From: Scyliorhinus canicula
Lineage: Eukaryota
Length of the DNA stretch: 64,000 nt
Reading direction: 5' to 3'
NCBI RefSeq assembly: GCF_902713615.1
Contig: NC_052174.1
Location: 6,154,182-6,218,181, forward strand
A program made the position numbers and the translations under genes. The notes beneath the pieces are model-generated. The model was not told the DNA's origin. It did no database searches and was given only the letters and a program-made list of their open reading frames with translations. Shown here in pieces: positions 11,422-25,051 of the stretch (its first letter is position 1; the number at the start of each line of letters is the position of its first letter).

Positions 11422-13150
11422 TGTGCGAAAACTATCCCAAGGCCAGGTTTCATGGAAACTCAAGTTTATTAAGACAGCTAGAATAGCCACAGATATGGTG
11501 AACACTGCCTGAGCCCCATACGGGGGCCTTGCTCGAATGCCACTCCAGGTCTGGTCTTCTAGATTGAAGTTCCTAAAGAATACTTCCTATTGGGTAAGCA
11601 TCCGTCCGCTCAATAAGGGAACTCATATTCTACGAAGCCCACGGGGAAGTCTGACAATCATCACTGTGGCCTTCGTGGTCATTATGACATCCTCCCCCTA
11701 CCTCGTCAAGTCCGTTCCATCATCAATGCTTTCACGGCGTGGTTGCCTCCTCCATCTCTTCAAACTCGGCATCAAGTCTGTGGCAGATGGAGTCGGATCG
11801 GAAGGGGTGAAGTGGATCGGCGATCTTCACTTCCGCAGGGAGCACCTCAGGGTTACGGATGTTGGAGTTGCCATGGTATTCACAGTCGAGGAAACCATAA
11901 GACATTGGAGCATGATCAGGCCATTTGGTCCATCGAGCTTTCTCTGCTATTCAATAATGGCTGATATGTTTCTCATCCCCATTCTCCTGCCTTCTCCCCA
12001 TAACCTCTGATCCCCTAATTAATCAAAAACCTATCTATCTCTGTCTTAAAGACACTCAGTGATTTGGTCTCTGCAGCCTTTTGCAGCAAAGAGTTCCACA
12101 GATTCACCACCCTCTGGTTGAAGAAATTCCTCCTCATCTCAATTTTAAAAGAATCATAGGGCTGGGTCTGTGCCCTCGGATTTTACTTTGTCCTACCAGT
12201 GGCAACATTCTCTCCATGTCCACTCTATCCAGGCCACGCAGTATCCTGGAAGTTTCAATACTAATCCCTCCCATCCCTCTAAACTCCAACGAGTACAGAA
12301 CCAGAGTCCTCATCCGTTCCTCATACGACACGTTCTTCATTCCAGGGATCATTCTTGTGAACCTCCTCTGAACCCTTTCCAAGGCCAGCGCATTCGTCCT
12401 TATATATGCTACCCAAAACTGCTCACAATACTCCAAGTAGGGCCTGAGCAGAGCCATAAATAGCATCAGAAGTACATCCCTGCTTTTCTTTTCCAACCCT
12501 CTAGACATATTGTATTCATTGCTTTTTATTCCTAACTACCGCCTACCTAACTGGAACCTCCAATTCCTTGGCCTCCATTTTGAACCAAGCCCTAACAATT
12601 GGCGGAGATGGGAATAGGATCCTCTACTGCTGTTAGCCCTGTGCCAGGGACCCCTTTGGGGTCTCAGGTGGACTCTTAATGGGGCAGGCACCCTACCTCT
12701 GAGGTGATCCAGGTGCCTTTTTAGAACTTTGTCTTGGGATTTCACTATGTAGATTACAGGCTACGTTCGTTTTCTGATGTCATTCCGAGGACCCAGCTGG
12801 CGCCATCTCTGAAATTCCGGAGACAGATTGTGTCACCACCCCTAAACACCCTCTCAGATCTTACTGCTTTGCGATTTTTAATTTGATTTGATTTTCCTGT
12901 TGCGACTCCACCGTCCCTGCCTAAACTGGAAACAACAATCACAGCCTCGTGCATAGACATGGTCCCAGCAAAGAACTGCCAGGGTGACTCCTGTCATGTT
13001 GTGGGGAGTAGTTCTGGAATCAAATAGGAACAGTGCCAAACTTGTTTCTCACGATACACCCAGATACAAGGTTTGAAGGTCTGCCTTTCAACTAGCGCCC
13101 AAAGCATTGGACGGCGGATGATATGGCGTTTTCCTAATGTGCTTGATGCC
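11422..13150 (-). mobile_element. Degenerate Gypsy-like LTR retrotransposon 3' remnant (integrase end, PPT, 3' LTR ~11422-11689), interrupted by a CR1 fragment at ~11900-12510
   Basis: Minus-strand integrase-like peptides (TPYHPPSN, GDTICLRNFRDGASWVLG, VLKRHLDHLR). Purine tract TAGGGGGAGGA sits immediately before TGTCAT at 11689. Confidence 0.65.
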
Positions 13151-13418
13151 ATTTTGATTTCACCAATAAAATTAAATTAAAAAATTAAAAATTACTTATT
13201 GTCACAAGTAGGCTACAAATGAAGTTACTGTGAAAAGCCCCTAGTCGCCACATTCCTGCGCCTGTTCGGGGAGGCTAGCCTGCCTTGTTCTGCTTTCAAA
13301 GCCAGCGATTTAGCCCTGTGCTAAACAGCCCCCCGGTTCAGAATATTTGTTCTTCATACCACCACGACCATTCCTACTGTGTTCTGAGATATAGCCAATC
13401 CACTACCCTCCATACCTG

Positions 13419-14035
13419 GGGCTGGATTCCCCGCAGCTCAGCACCAAAATCGCGATTGGCGTGGGGGCCGGAGAATCACCCGCAAGCAGATTACGTAGCA
13501 GGGCTTGGGGGCCAATAGCAGAGCCTCCCCCCCCCCCCCCACCCCTCCTATTGATTTTTGGGCAAAACTGGCCGAGTTCCCGACGGCGTGGTTCTAACCA
13601 TGTATCGCTGGTCGAGAAACTTGGGTGGCAGCGGTAGACTCAGTCCGCAGCTGCACTGCAGGGGGGATCATGCGCCGGAGGGAGTGGTGGGGGACTCACC
13701 GGCAGCTCGGGCAGTGATTGGCCAGCTCGGATCCGCGTGCGAGGGCCATCTGGGGTGGGGGGGGGTGCTACATTGTCGATGTTGGTCCGCGGTCTGAGTC
13801 CGCAATGGCGCACAGCAGGGCCGCTGCAGCCCACCGCCGTACACAGACGCCGACTCCCCACCATACTTGCGGGAGCCATTTCCTAAGCCAGATCTATGAG
13901 AAGCTGCCCGGGGGGCTGCTCGCCCCCTGCAGGTAGGAGAACCGCTCTTGACTTTGTTGAGGAAAGCCAAGAGTGAAACGTCAGCGTTTTTACGCCGGTA
14001 TGGGAACGTAGGCCCATTTTTGGAGAATCCAGCCC
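13419..14035. mobile_element. Non-autonomous PIF/Harbinger-type DNA transposon
   Basis: TIRs GGGCTGGATTC / GAATCCAGCCC with a 3-bp CTG TSD (13416-13418, 14036-14038); GC-rich interior. Confidence 0.75.
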
Positions 14036-16104
14036 CTGATGTCCCAAAGCCTTTCCACCATTTACTTGCCTGCATACACCTGAACAGTTTCAATGACATT
14101 GGCACCGTCCTGGAAAAGGCAGACCTTATGACTGACACCCTCCCTGAAACGATCACTCACACAATCAGCGATGCAACATGGCTGCATTGTGCACGAGATC
14201 AAACATGCCGTGCTGAAACGTGCCAATGCACAATGATACTCATGGGCGATCCCGATCTACATATTGACTGGAAAAGTCAAATTGGGAAAGATGGTCTGGA
14301 TGAAGAGCTCATATTATGTTTTCTCGACAATTTCGGAGAACAGAATGTCCTGGGAAAAAAGTCCAAGAGCAGTCTCTACCAGGCCTGGTATTGTGCAACA
14401 AATTAGGGTTAATTGATGATCTCATGGCAGGGGCACCACTCCGCACCAGTGAACATTATAGGATTGAAATCTGCATTCGCTTTGAGGGAGGGAGAAGTGG
14501 GTCCAAGGCTATGTTTTTTTCAATTTAAATAAGGATATTTATGAGGGAAAGGAAAGCAGAGTTTTTTTGTGTTTCTTAAAAATAAATTTAGAGTATCCAA
14601 TGCATTTTTTCCAATTAAGAGGCAATTTAGCGTGGCCAATCCACCTACCCTGCGTATCTTTGGGTTGTGGGGGCGAAACCCACGCAAACACGGGGAAAAT
14701 GTGCAAACTGCACACCGACAGTGACCCCGATCCAGGATCGAACCTGGGACCTCGACACCGTGAGGCAGCACATGGAACATACAGTGCAGAAGGAGGCCAT
14801 TCGGCCCATCGAGTCTGCACCGACCCGTTTAAGCTCTCACTTCCACCCTATCCCCGTAACCCAATAACCCCTCCTAACCTTTTTATTGACTCTAAGAGCA
14901 ATTTTGCATTGCCAATCCACATAACCTGCACGTTTTTCAACTGTGGGAGTATACCGGAGTACCCGGTGGAAACTCACACAGACACGGGGAGAACGTCCAG
15001 ACTCCACACAGACAGTGATCCAGCATTGAACCTGGGAACCCTAGTGCTGTGAAGCCACAGTGCTAGCCACTTGTGCTATCGTGCTGCCCTATGAAAGCAG
15101 AATTTGCGAAAGTGATTTCGCAAATTATATTCGGTGATAGGTCAAAGAGATGTAGCGGCAGATATTTAAGGGGATATGTCAGGAGGCACAGACCATATGC
15201 ATTATAATGAGTAAGAAAAAGTCCAGGAGATGGACACATCATCCGTGATCAACTATAAAGGTTAAAGATAGTGTCAAACCTAAAGCAAAGGTATATAACC
15301 CAGCAAAGACAGGTGGAATGTCAAACGATTGGACAGAATAAAAGGAAGAACAAATGGTGACTTAAGATTAACACAGAGAGGATAATTATTGTGCGAGCAA
15401 AAGCTAGCCATAAGTACATAACCATACTAGGAGTTTCCATAAAAATTTTTGAAAATATAAAGTGAGCGTTTCTCCAATAAAAAGTGAATCGGGAGAATTG
15501 TTAATGGGAACAAGAAGATGGCAGGTGAATTGAACAGGTACCTTGCATCAATCTTCACTGTAGAGGATACAAGCAGCACAGCAGAAGCAGTTACAATTCA
15601 GCCAATGGAAGCAATGGAGGAACGCAGGAAAAGTACAATCACCAGGCAAGTGAGGCTGATGGGGTGACGTTTCTGGAACTGCAGATTGCCAAATGTTCGG
15701 GTCCCGATGGAATTCATCCTCGGGTGTTGAAACAAATGGCTGATGATTTAAGTGGTGCATTAGTTTTAATTTCCCAAATCTATCTATTTTCTGGACATGT
15801 CCCATCAGCTTGGAAGATTGCAAATGGAGCGCCAGTATTGAAAAAGGAGGGAAGACAAAGTGGAAAATTACCATCCAGTTAGCTTAACATCTGTCACAGG
15901 GAAAATGTTAGGAGGTATTATTAAAGGAGATATACTAGACGTCCAGGGTATTCAGGAAAATTCAACATGGTTTGGTGAAATCGTTCATAACCAACTTATT
16001 TTAGTTACATTTGAAAAATAAATTTAGAGTACCCAATTCATTTTTTTTCAATTAAGGGGCAATTTAACGTGGCCAATCCACCTACCCTGCACACCTTTGG
16101 GTTG

Positions 16105-19100
16105 AACATAGAAAATTACAGCGCAGTACGAGCCCTTCGGCCCTCGATGTTGCGCCGACCTATGAAATCATCTGAAGCCTATCTGACCTTCACAATTTCA
16201 TTTTCATCCATATGTCTATCCAGTGACCACTTAAATGCCCTTAAACGTGGCGAGTCTACTACTGTTGCAGGCAGGGGGTTCCAAACCCCTACTACTCTCT
16301 GAGTAAATAAACTGCCTCTGACATCTGTCCTATATCTACCACCCCTCAATTTAATGTTATGTCCCCTCGTGTTGGTCATCACCATCCGAGGAAAAAGACT
16401 CTCACTGTCCACCCCATCTAACCCTCTGACTATCTTATATGTCTCTATTAAGTCACCTGTCAGCCTTCTCCTCTCTAACGAAAACAACCTCAAGTCCCTG
16501 AGCCTTTCCTCGTTAGACCTTCCCTCCATACCAGGCAACATCCTAGTAAATCTCCTCTGAACCCTTTCCAAAGCTTCCACATCCTTCCTGTAATGTGGTG
16601 ACCAGAACTGCAGGCAGTACTCCAGGTGCGGCCGCATCAGAGTTTTGTACAGTTGCAGCATGACCTCTTGGCTCCGAAACTCAATCCCCCTACTGATAAA
16701 GGCTAGCACACCATATGCCTTCTTAACAGCCCTATTAACCTGGGTGGCAACTTTCAGGGATTTATGTACCTGGATGCCGAGCTATCTCTGTCCATCTACA
16801 CTACCAAGAATCTTGCCAGTAGCCCAGTACTCTGCATTCCTGTTACTCCTTCCAAATTGAACCACCTCACACTTTTCCGCATTAAACTCCATCTGCCACC
16901 TCTCAGCCCAGCTCTGCAGCTTATCTATGTCCCTCTGTAACCTATAAGAAACTGCAGCACTATCCACAACTCCAGCGACCTTTGTGTCTTCTGCAAATTT
17001 ACTATCCCATCTTTCTACACCCTCTTCCAGGTCATTTATAAAAATGACAAACAGCAGTGGCCCCAAAACAGATTCTTGCGGTACACCACTAGTAACTGAA
17101 CTCCAGGATGAACATTTGCCATCAACCACCAACCTTTGCCTTCTATCAGCGAGCCAATTACTGATCCAAACCGCTAAATCACATTCAATCCCATACTTCC
17201 GTATTTTCTGCAATAGCCTACCGTGGGGAACCTTACCAAACGCCTAGCTGAAATCTATATACACCACATCAACCGCTTTACCCTCATCCACCTGTTTGGT
17301 CACCTTCTGAAAAAACTCAATAAGGTTTGTGAGGCATGGCCTACCCTTCACAAAACCGTTGACTATCGCTAATCAACTTGTTCTTTTCAAGATGATGAGA
17401 CACCCTATCTAGAAATAGAAATAGAACAGTACAGCACAGAACAGACCCTTCGGCCCTCGATGTTGTGCCGAGCAATGATCACCCTACTCAAACCCACGTA
17501 TCCACCCTATACCCGTAACCCAATCAACTTACTGAACTTAATCAACTTAACCATACTTTTTAGGACACTACGGGCAATTTAGCATGGCCAATCCACCTAA
17601 CCCGCACATCTTTGGACTGTGGGAGGAAACCGGTGCACCCGGAGGAAACCCACGCACACACGGGGAGGACGTGCAGACTCCGCACAGACAGTGACCCAAG
17701 CCGGGAATCGAACCTGGGACCCTGGAGCTGTGAAGCATTTACGCTAACCACCATGCTACCGTGCTGCCCTAAGTCTCTTATAACATTTTCCAACATTTTA
17801 CCCACAACCGAAGTAAGGCTCACAGGTCTATAATTACCAGGATTGTCTCTACTCCCCTTCTTGAACAAGGGGACAACATTTGCTATCCGCCAGTCTTCCG
17901 GCACTAATCCTGGCAACAAAGACAACATAAAGATCAAGGACAAAGGCTCTGCAATCTCCTCCCTGGCTTCCCAGAGAATCCTAGGATAAATCCCATCTGG
18001 CCCAGAGGACTAATCTATTTTTACACTTTCCAAAATTGCTAACACCTCCTCCTTGTGAACCTCAATCCCATCTAGCCTGGTCGACTGTACCTGAGTATTT
18101 TCCTCACAACATTGTCTTTCTCCAGTGTAAACACTGACGAAAAATATCCATTTAACGCTTTCCCTATCTCCTCTGATTCCACACACAACTTTCACTACTA
18201 TCCTTGATTGGCCCTAATCTTACTCTAGTCATTCTTTTGTTCCTGATATACCTATAGAAAGCCTTAGGGTTTTCCTTGATCCTATCCGCCAATGACTTTT
18301 CCTGTCCTCTCCTCGCTCTTCTTAACTCTCCCATTCGGTCCTTCCTGGCTAACTTGTAACTCTCAAGTGCCCGAACTGAGCCTTCATGCCTCATCCTAAC
18401 ATAAGCCTTCTTTTTCCTCTTGGCAAGTGCTTCAACTTCCTTAGTAAACCACGGTTCCCTTGCTCGACAATTTCCTCCCTGCCTGACAGGTACATACTTA
18501 TCAAGGACACGCAGTAGCTCTTTCTTGAAATAGCTCCACATTTCGATTGTACCCATCCCCTGCAGTTTCCTTCCCCATCCTGTACATCCTACATCTTGCC
18601 GAATAGCATCATAATTGCCTTTCCCCCAGCTATAATTCTTGCCTTGCGGTATATACCTATCCCTGCCCATCGCTAAAGTAAACATAACCGAATTGTGATC
18701 ACTATCACCAAAGTGCTCACCTACATCTAAATCTAACACCTGGCCGGGTTCATTACCCAGTACCAAATCCAATGTGGCATCGCCCCTTGTTGGCCTGTCT
18801 ACATACTGTGTCAGAAAACCCTCCTGCACACACTACACAAAAACGGACCCATCTATAGTACTCGAACTATAGGATTTCCAGTCAATGTTTGGAAAGTTAA
18901 AGTTCCCCATAACAACTACCCTGCTACTCTCGCTCCTGTCGAGAATCATCTTTGCTATCCTATCCTCTACATCTCTGGAACTATTCGGAGGTCTATAGAC
19001 AACTCCCAACAGGGTGACCTCTCCTCTCCTGTTCCTAACCTCGGTTCATACTACCTCAGTAGACGAGTCCTCAAAAGTGCTTTCTGCCGCCGTAATCCTT

Positions 19101-19238
19101 TCCTTGATTAACAATGCCACACCCCCCCGCCTCTTTTACCATCTTCACTGTTCTTACAGAAACATGTAAATCCTGGAACCTGCTAAAACCATTCCTGTCC
19201 CTGCTCTACCCATGTCTCCGAAATCGCCACATCATCGA
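16105..19238 (-). mobile_element. 5'-truncated CR1 LINE (APE part to 3' tail) inserted in a SINE; contains a nested SINE at 17410-17769
   Basis: ORF2 fragments 16179-16709, 16782-17213 and 18164-18829; splits a SINE that is intact at ~33120-33348. Confidence 0.9.
17410..17769 (-). mobile_element. Young HE1-type SINE, unit-1 specific
   Basis: Full head, core and tail; empty site at ~44110 (caccctatc|tcttataac). Confidence 0.85.
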
Positions 19239-20814
19239 GGGGGCAAAACCCAGGCGAACACGGGGAGAATATACAAATTCCACACGGAGAGTGACCCAGA
19301 GCCGGGATCGAACCTGGGACCTCGGTGCCGTGAGGCAGCAATGCGCCACCATGCTGCACTTTATTTCAGTTACTTGAGGAAGCAACTGCATAAAGGGTGG
19401 ACACTCTGGCCTTAGATTTCCAGAAGTACTTTGAGAAAATGCCATGTCAAAGATTATTGTGGAAAATTAAAGCTCTTGATAGAGTGGGTAACAGATCAGA
19501 TTGATAGAAGGTCAGATGCCTAACCGGAAGCACAGAGTTGACTTAATGGGTCATTTTTAGATTGGAAAGATCAAATGGTGATCAGGGCAGGGATGTCTAA
19601 TGAGAAAAGGTTGGACAGACCAGGCTTGTATCTTTTGGATGTTAAAGGACTTGATTGAAACTTCTAAGACCCCGTGTGGTCATGATAGGGTGGACCGGGA
19701 GAGGATGTTTCCACTTGTGGGAGAATATAGAACTAGGGGTGACTTAAAAACAAGGGGTCACCCTTTTAATCAAAGGCTGTGGATAGACCGAGAATGGAGG
19801 GATTGGGTAGTTTACTGCTGTCACAATCAGAAATGGTGACATTTGTGACTTTGATAAAAAGGAGAGCTATTGTGTTCCCGTGTCAAATGGATCCCAGTTT
19901 GAAGATATTCAAACACGCAACTCCTGGAAAATTGGCATAAACTTCAGAGGTACAAAAAGGTCTATTGGCGTCGGAGAGGAATTGGTGGGTGGCGGGGTTA
20001 CAGTTTCTGTGAGAATTTACAAGGACAGAAGGATTAAATGTTGCTTAATTTTTGAAGACGTATGATATGGCAGATTTGAAAGAAAACAGAATAAAACCTG
20101 AGGGAAGGGTAATCTTAATGACAAAGAAATCTATGAGTTCTTTACACTCGCGATTAATGGTGGAGTAAAGGAAAACGGAAAGATTAGCTTTGGAAAACAG
20201 AAGCTGAGGTGATTTTCCAAGGTGGTCCTAGGATATGAAGACGTTGGTCAGACGACAGCAGAATCTCGTATGTATCAAGTGTTTCAGCAAGACCTGGCGG
20301 GAGTTGTCTAAACCAGTTTTCCGTCATATTCTATTCAACTCTTGTGATTATTGAAGAAAGAGAGGATGGACAATGGAGAGATTGGAAATTAAGAGCGACG
20401 AAAATAATTTCTTGAGAAGGAGCCCATCTGGGTCAGCGAGCACGGGGCAAAGAATGTACAAAGCTGGCTGCTTGTAATGGAATGGACTGCACAATTCTTT
20501 ATAACCTCAGGGTCATAAAAGGTAGAGTGTGAGGCCATAATCTGGACGTGCACTGAAACAACCCAGGCTGGGGATAATAAAGTGGATGACTGTTTCACCA
20601 ACAGGTGAGCTGAATAAGGAGGTTTGATATTGTTGAAAATAGTATCATGAAGGCCTTCAAAACCTTGACCCTAATCGAAGGTATGGTAATTATCAGGTTA
20701 AATCACCACAAGTTACTTCTCCCCCTCAAAGGGGAAAGCAGCCTATTGCCGTCTCAGACTCTGGTGAATTACATTCACATTTACCCCTTTTATGGAGCAA
20801 AGCTATCTCAGATT

Positions 20815-21414
20815 TCTTATGCGCCAGGGTTTAGAGAACCCCAGAGTGTATCATAGAGTTCACCTGACCCACAACTTTGAATAGATTGTGGTATGGGAAG
20901 CCCACGGCACACTCTACAGGTGTGGCACAGCAGAGATGAAAAATTATTTTTTAATGCAAAACAATGTTTATTCTATGAATTCAAGTTAACTTTTTTAAAA
21001 CGTACAGTGAACATCTTAGTAACCATCAATTCAAATACAACCCCCAAAGAGTACAACACTAAGTAATCCTTAATAACTTCCCAAACAACTACCAGAAGAC
21101 AAAAGGAACAACTTTTAACAGAAGCACATTAGCTTTACATTCACTACTGACAACATTTATAATTCTGAATTCACCAAATGATCAAGAGATAGTCTTTTCA
21201 TGGCAGAGAGATCAACAGTACACCTGCTCTGTCTGGCTTCAGCTCCAACACTGAAAATGAAACTGAAACACACCCTGCAGCAAACAGCCTAAAACGAAAG
21301 TAAAAAGCTGACAGACAGCCCAGCTCTACCCACACTCTGACATCGCTGATAAACCACCATTTCTTAAAGGTACATTTCTTAACACCCATTTCTTAAAGGT
21401 AATGTGACATGACA
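20815..21414 (-). mobile_element. Solo LTR (600 bp) with a 4-bp GATT TSD
   Basis: Termini T(c/g)TTATG...CATGACA, GATT on both sides, AATAAA on the minus strand. Confidence 0.75.
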
Positions 21415-22649
21415 GATTGCAACTGTATTCCTCAACGTTTTGAAGAATGAGAGGAGATCTTATTGAAGTGCCCAAATGCATAAAACGCCAAAACCTGGGG
21501 ACACCGTTGCAGAATAAGGGGCAGGCCATTTACCGCCGAGATGAGGAGGAATTTCTTCCGTCAGATGCTGGTGAATCTTTGGAATGCTGTACCCCAGAAA
21601 GCTGCAGAAGGTCAGTCACTGAGCATGTCAAAGGAGAGGGCAATAGACTTTTACAGACCAATGACATTAACAGGGTGAAATGAAATGAAAATGAAATGAA
21701 AATCACTTATTGTCACTAGTAGGCTTCAATGAAGTTACTGTGAAAAGCCCCTAGTCGCCACATTCCGGCGCCTGTCTGGGGAGGCTGTTAAGGGAATTGA
21801 ACCATGCTGCTGACCTGCCTTGGTCTGCTTTCAAAGCCAGCGATTTAGCCCTGTGTGGGTATACGACGTTGGAACAGAAGGCCAACCATAATGTATTCAA
21901 ATAGCGGTGCAATCTCGAGGGCGCGAATGGCCTACTTCTGCTTCTGTATTCCAGTGTACCTATTCATGATTAAAACTGAGTTGGGATAACATATGATTCC
22001 AAGGTTATGAATGTAAGTGCTGGGTCATTACGTGGGGAAAAAATCTCGTCCGATCGGTGGATTGGCCATTCTAAATTGCCCTTTAATGTCCAGAGATTGG
22101 GCAGGGTTTCCGGTGGAGTATTGGGCCCAGGTAGGGTGCTCTTTGAGGGGGTAGGCGGGGACTCGATGGGCCGAATGGCCTCTTTATGCACTGGAGGACT
22201 TCTTTGGGTTCAATGGAATGAAGTTCAGAATGGGGAATGAAGACAATTTACTCAATCATCCCAAAATGCAATAGAAGGTCATTTATGCTCAGACAAAGTT
22301 GCATATCAGACACTTCACCTGATAATCATGAACAGTGGAGGAGTTGAGACACGTCGCAATGTGTTGTGGCCGAGAGTTGCCACGGTGCACGTTAAAGACT
22401 ATTCTTGAGCGAGGATTTGTAAGGGGCCAAGGATAGACCGTCAGCAGGTACCAGAAAGAGGTGTGAAAGAGGGAAGAAAATATACATCGCCTCCAACGCT
22501 CTCCAAGTGGCACTATTGATTACCAAATATCCCAGTTACTCTACTAAACTACATTAACTTCTCCACGACATATATTGGACTGTTGAGCCAATAACTTACC
22601 AATTATGACTTCTACGTTTCCTAAATTATAAAATGGCTTTAACAATGAT

Positions 22650-22993
22650 ACAAAATGATCAGAGGGTTAGATAGGGTGGACAGCGAGAGCCTTCTCCCGC
22701 GGATGGAGGTGGCTAGCACGAGGGGACATAGCCTTAAATTGAGGGGTAATAGATATAGGACAGAGGTCAGAGGTGGGTTTTTTACGCAAAGAGTGGTGAG
22801 GCCGTGGAATGCCCTACCTGCAACAGTAGTGAACTCGCCAACATTGAGGGCATTTAAAAATTTATTGGATAAGCATATGGATGATAAGGGCATAGTGTAG
22901 GTTAGATGGCCTTTAGTTTTTTTTTCCATGTCGGTGCAACATCGAGGGCCGAAGGGCCTGTACTGCGCTGTATCGTTCTATGTTCTATGTTCT
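22650..22993 (+). mobile_element. Young CR1 3' end, unit-1 specific
   Basis: (GTTCTAT)n tail and ATGAT at both junctions; empty site at ~48372; start identical to 63930-64000. Confidence 0.85.
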
Positions 22994-23626
22994 ATGATCC
23001 TGTACAATCTGCAGCTCCAAATCGAGATATATTATTACAAGATTATCTAAACATTGCTCACACGCTCCTTTTAGGGGCCACGAGTTCAAGGTGAGAGGGG
23101 AAAAGTTTCAGGGAGATTTGCGTGGAAAGTTCTTTACGTAGAGGGTGGTGGGTGCCTGGTTCGCATTGCCAGCGGAGGTGATAGAGGCAGGCGCGATAGC
23201 GTCATTTAAGATGTATCTAGACATATACATGAATGGGCAGGGAGCAGAGGGATACTTTTTCTTAGAAAATAGGCAACCGTTTTAGATCAAGAATCTGGAT
23301 CGGCGCAAGCTTGGAGGGCCCAAGGACCTCTTCCTGTGCTGTAATTTTTCTTTGTTCTCTTCTTTGTCCTTTTAATATCTTGAGGTGTGTGAGCCAACTT
23401 TTGTGGCGCTTTTGCGTCCACAGTATCATCATTTCCTCCAAAATCATCAATTTATTTCTATCAAATCTTGTCAATTCCTCGCCTTAATAAAATTTAGATT
23501 GCTATCTAGCGATGAAGGGTCTCCCATTACTGATGATACAAAGAAAGTGCTTTCTAAGTTTGAAATTCATGATTGTCATTTAAATATCAGTTTACACCGG
23601 ATCTTGAAGTCGTGCTCGGTGCAAGG

Positions 23627-23908
23627 CAGGTTCGATTCCCAGCTAGGTCACTGTCTGTGCGGAGTCTGCACGTCCTCCCCGTGTGTGCGTGGGTTTCCTC
23701 TGGGTGCTCCGGTTTCCTCCCAGAGTCCAAAGATGTGCGGATTAGGTGGATTGGCCATGCTAAATTGCCCGTAGTGTCCTAAAAAAAGTAAGGTTAAGGA
23801 GGGGGTTGTTGGGTTACGGGTATAGGGTGGATACGTGGGTTTGAGTCGGGTGATCATTGCTCGGCACAACATCGAGGGCCGAAGGGCCTGTTCTGTGCTG
23901 TACTGTTC
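23627..23908 (+). mobile_element. 5'-truncated HE1-type SINE, unit-1 specific
   Basis: SINE core and tail; absent at ~48845. Confidence 0.8.
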
Positions 23909-24494
23909 AAAAATAATAATAATAAATGCAACAGAGAATAATATATAAGTGATTTGACTGCATGTTTAAAGGGCAGAAGGAATCCAGTTGATTCACCTTC
24001 TCTGCATCGACCCCCAAATCAGCAATTCACTTGGTGCCACTCCTCATTCTTCACCCCATAACCCCACACACACAACGTTCTCTTTTCTCGTCGAGGAACG
24101 ATCGAGGTCTGTCGTTCACTTGTGGGAACAATCGAGTAGTTAGGCAAGAAAACGCTCACGTCCCCCTTCCAAATTTGCTGGCCAGGTTATGTTAAAATTG
24201 CATGTGAGATTTCAGAATGCTTCCACAAATGGATTCGAGTACCTGGACAAATTGTGCTCAATCAACGACCACGTGCTTAATATTGTTGAAACTGAAATTG
24301 GAAAATTACAGTGTCGACTCGATTTATTCATCATCCCTGAACATCAAGCATGGCGTGTTGAACAACCTTCAGTTTTGGGCGATGTTCAGTTTTTCATATG
24401 ACTCGTATGGTAGTTATTAACAGCGATTCAAAACAAGGAAAATACAGAGCAGTTCTCAACGAACGATAGAATTTTAATATATACAGTACAAATT

Positions 24495-24765
24495 NNNNNN
24501 NNNNNNNNNNNNNNNNNNNNNNNNNNNNNNNNNNNNNNNNNNNNNNNNNNNNNNNNNNNNNNNNNNNNNNNNNNNNNNNNNNNNNNNNNNNNNNNNNNNN
24601 NNNNNNNNNNNNNNNNNNNNNNNNNNNNNNNNNNNNNNNNNNNNNNNNNNNNNNNNNNNNNNNNNNNNNNNNNNNNNNNNNNNNNNNNNNNNNNNNNNNN
24701 NNNNNNNNNNNNNNNNNNNNNNNNNNNNNNNNNNNNNNNNNNNNNNNNNNNNNNNNNNNNNNNNN
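24495..24765. other. N tract (271 nt) upstream of gene B
   Basis: Run of n. Confidence 0.99.
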
Positions 24766-24806
24766 CTTTATTTCTCTCTCTCTCTCTGTTTGGTTTCTGA
24801 TTGCAA

Positions 24807-24866
24807 TTAAGTCGAGGCAGCTTGGGATATGATTTTGCAGCTGGTTGAATCCGCTCTCCTATAATT
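24807..24866 (+). promoter_or_regulatory. Putative core promoter of gene B (CAGCTTGGGA, E-box CAGCTG, TATAATT)
   Basis: Conserved with gene A at a similar distance from the ATG; TATA-like element ~95 nt upstream of the ATG. Confidence 0.5.
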
Positions 24867-24954
24867 GGGACGAATCTTGCACATGTATCAGTGAGAATCG
24901 TTCGCAACGTCATGGAGACATTTTGAACCATTTGCTTTCAGGGAAGTGAGGATA

Positions 24955-25051
24955 ATGTCGCTCAACTTTTTGACCAAGCTCAAGATTCTCTGGGCAATTG
25001 CCGATATTCAGAAGATTTACTTTCCCGTCTTAGCTGCATTTGGTGTTCCGG
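24955..25051 (+). CDS. Gene B exon 1 (MSLNFLTKLKILWAIADIQKIYFPVLAAFGVP + phase-1 G)
   Basis: ATG at 24955, 97 nt, donor G|gtatgt, in frame with exon 2. Confidence 0.9.

Noticed and set aside
13419-14035. CpG island or bidirectional promoter between genes A and B
   Set aside because: The GC-rich tract is bounded exactly by TIRs and a TSD, and it is absent from unit 2.
24428-24931. ORFs spanning the N tracts (also 49365-49871)
   Set aside because: Artefacts of translating N.
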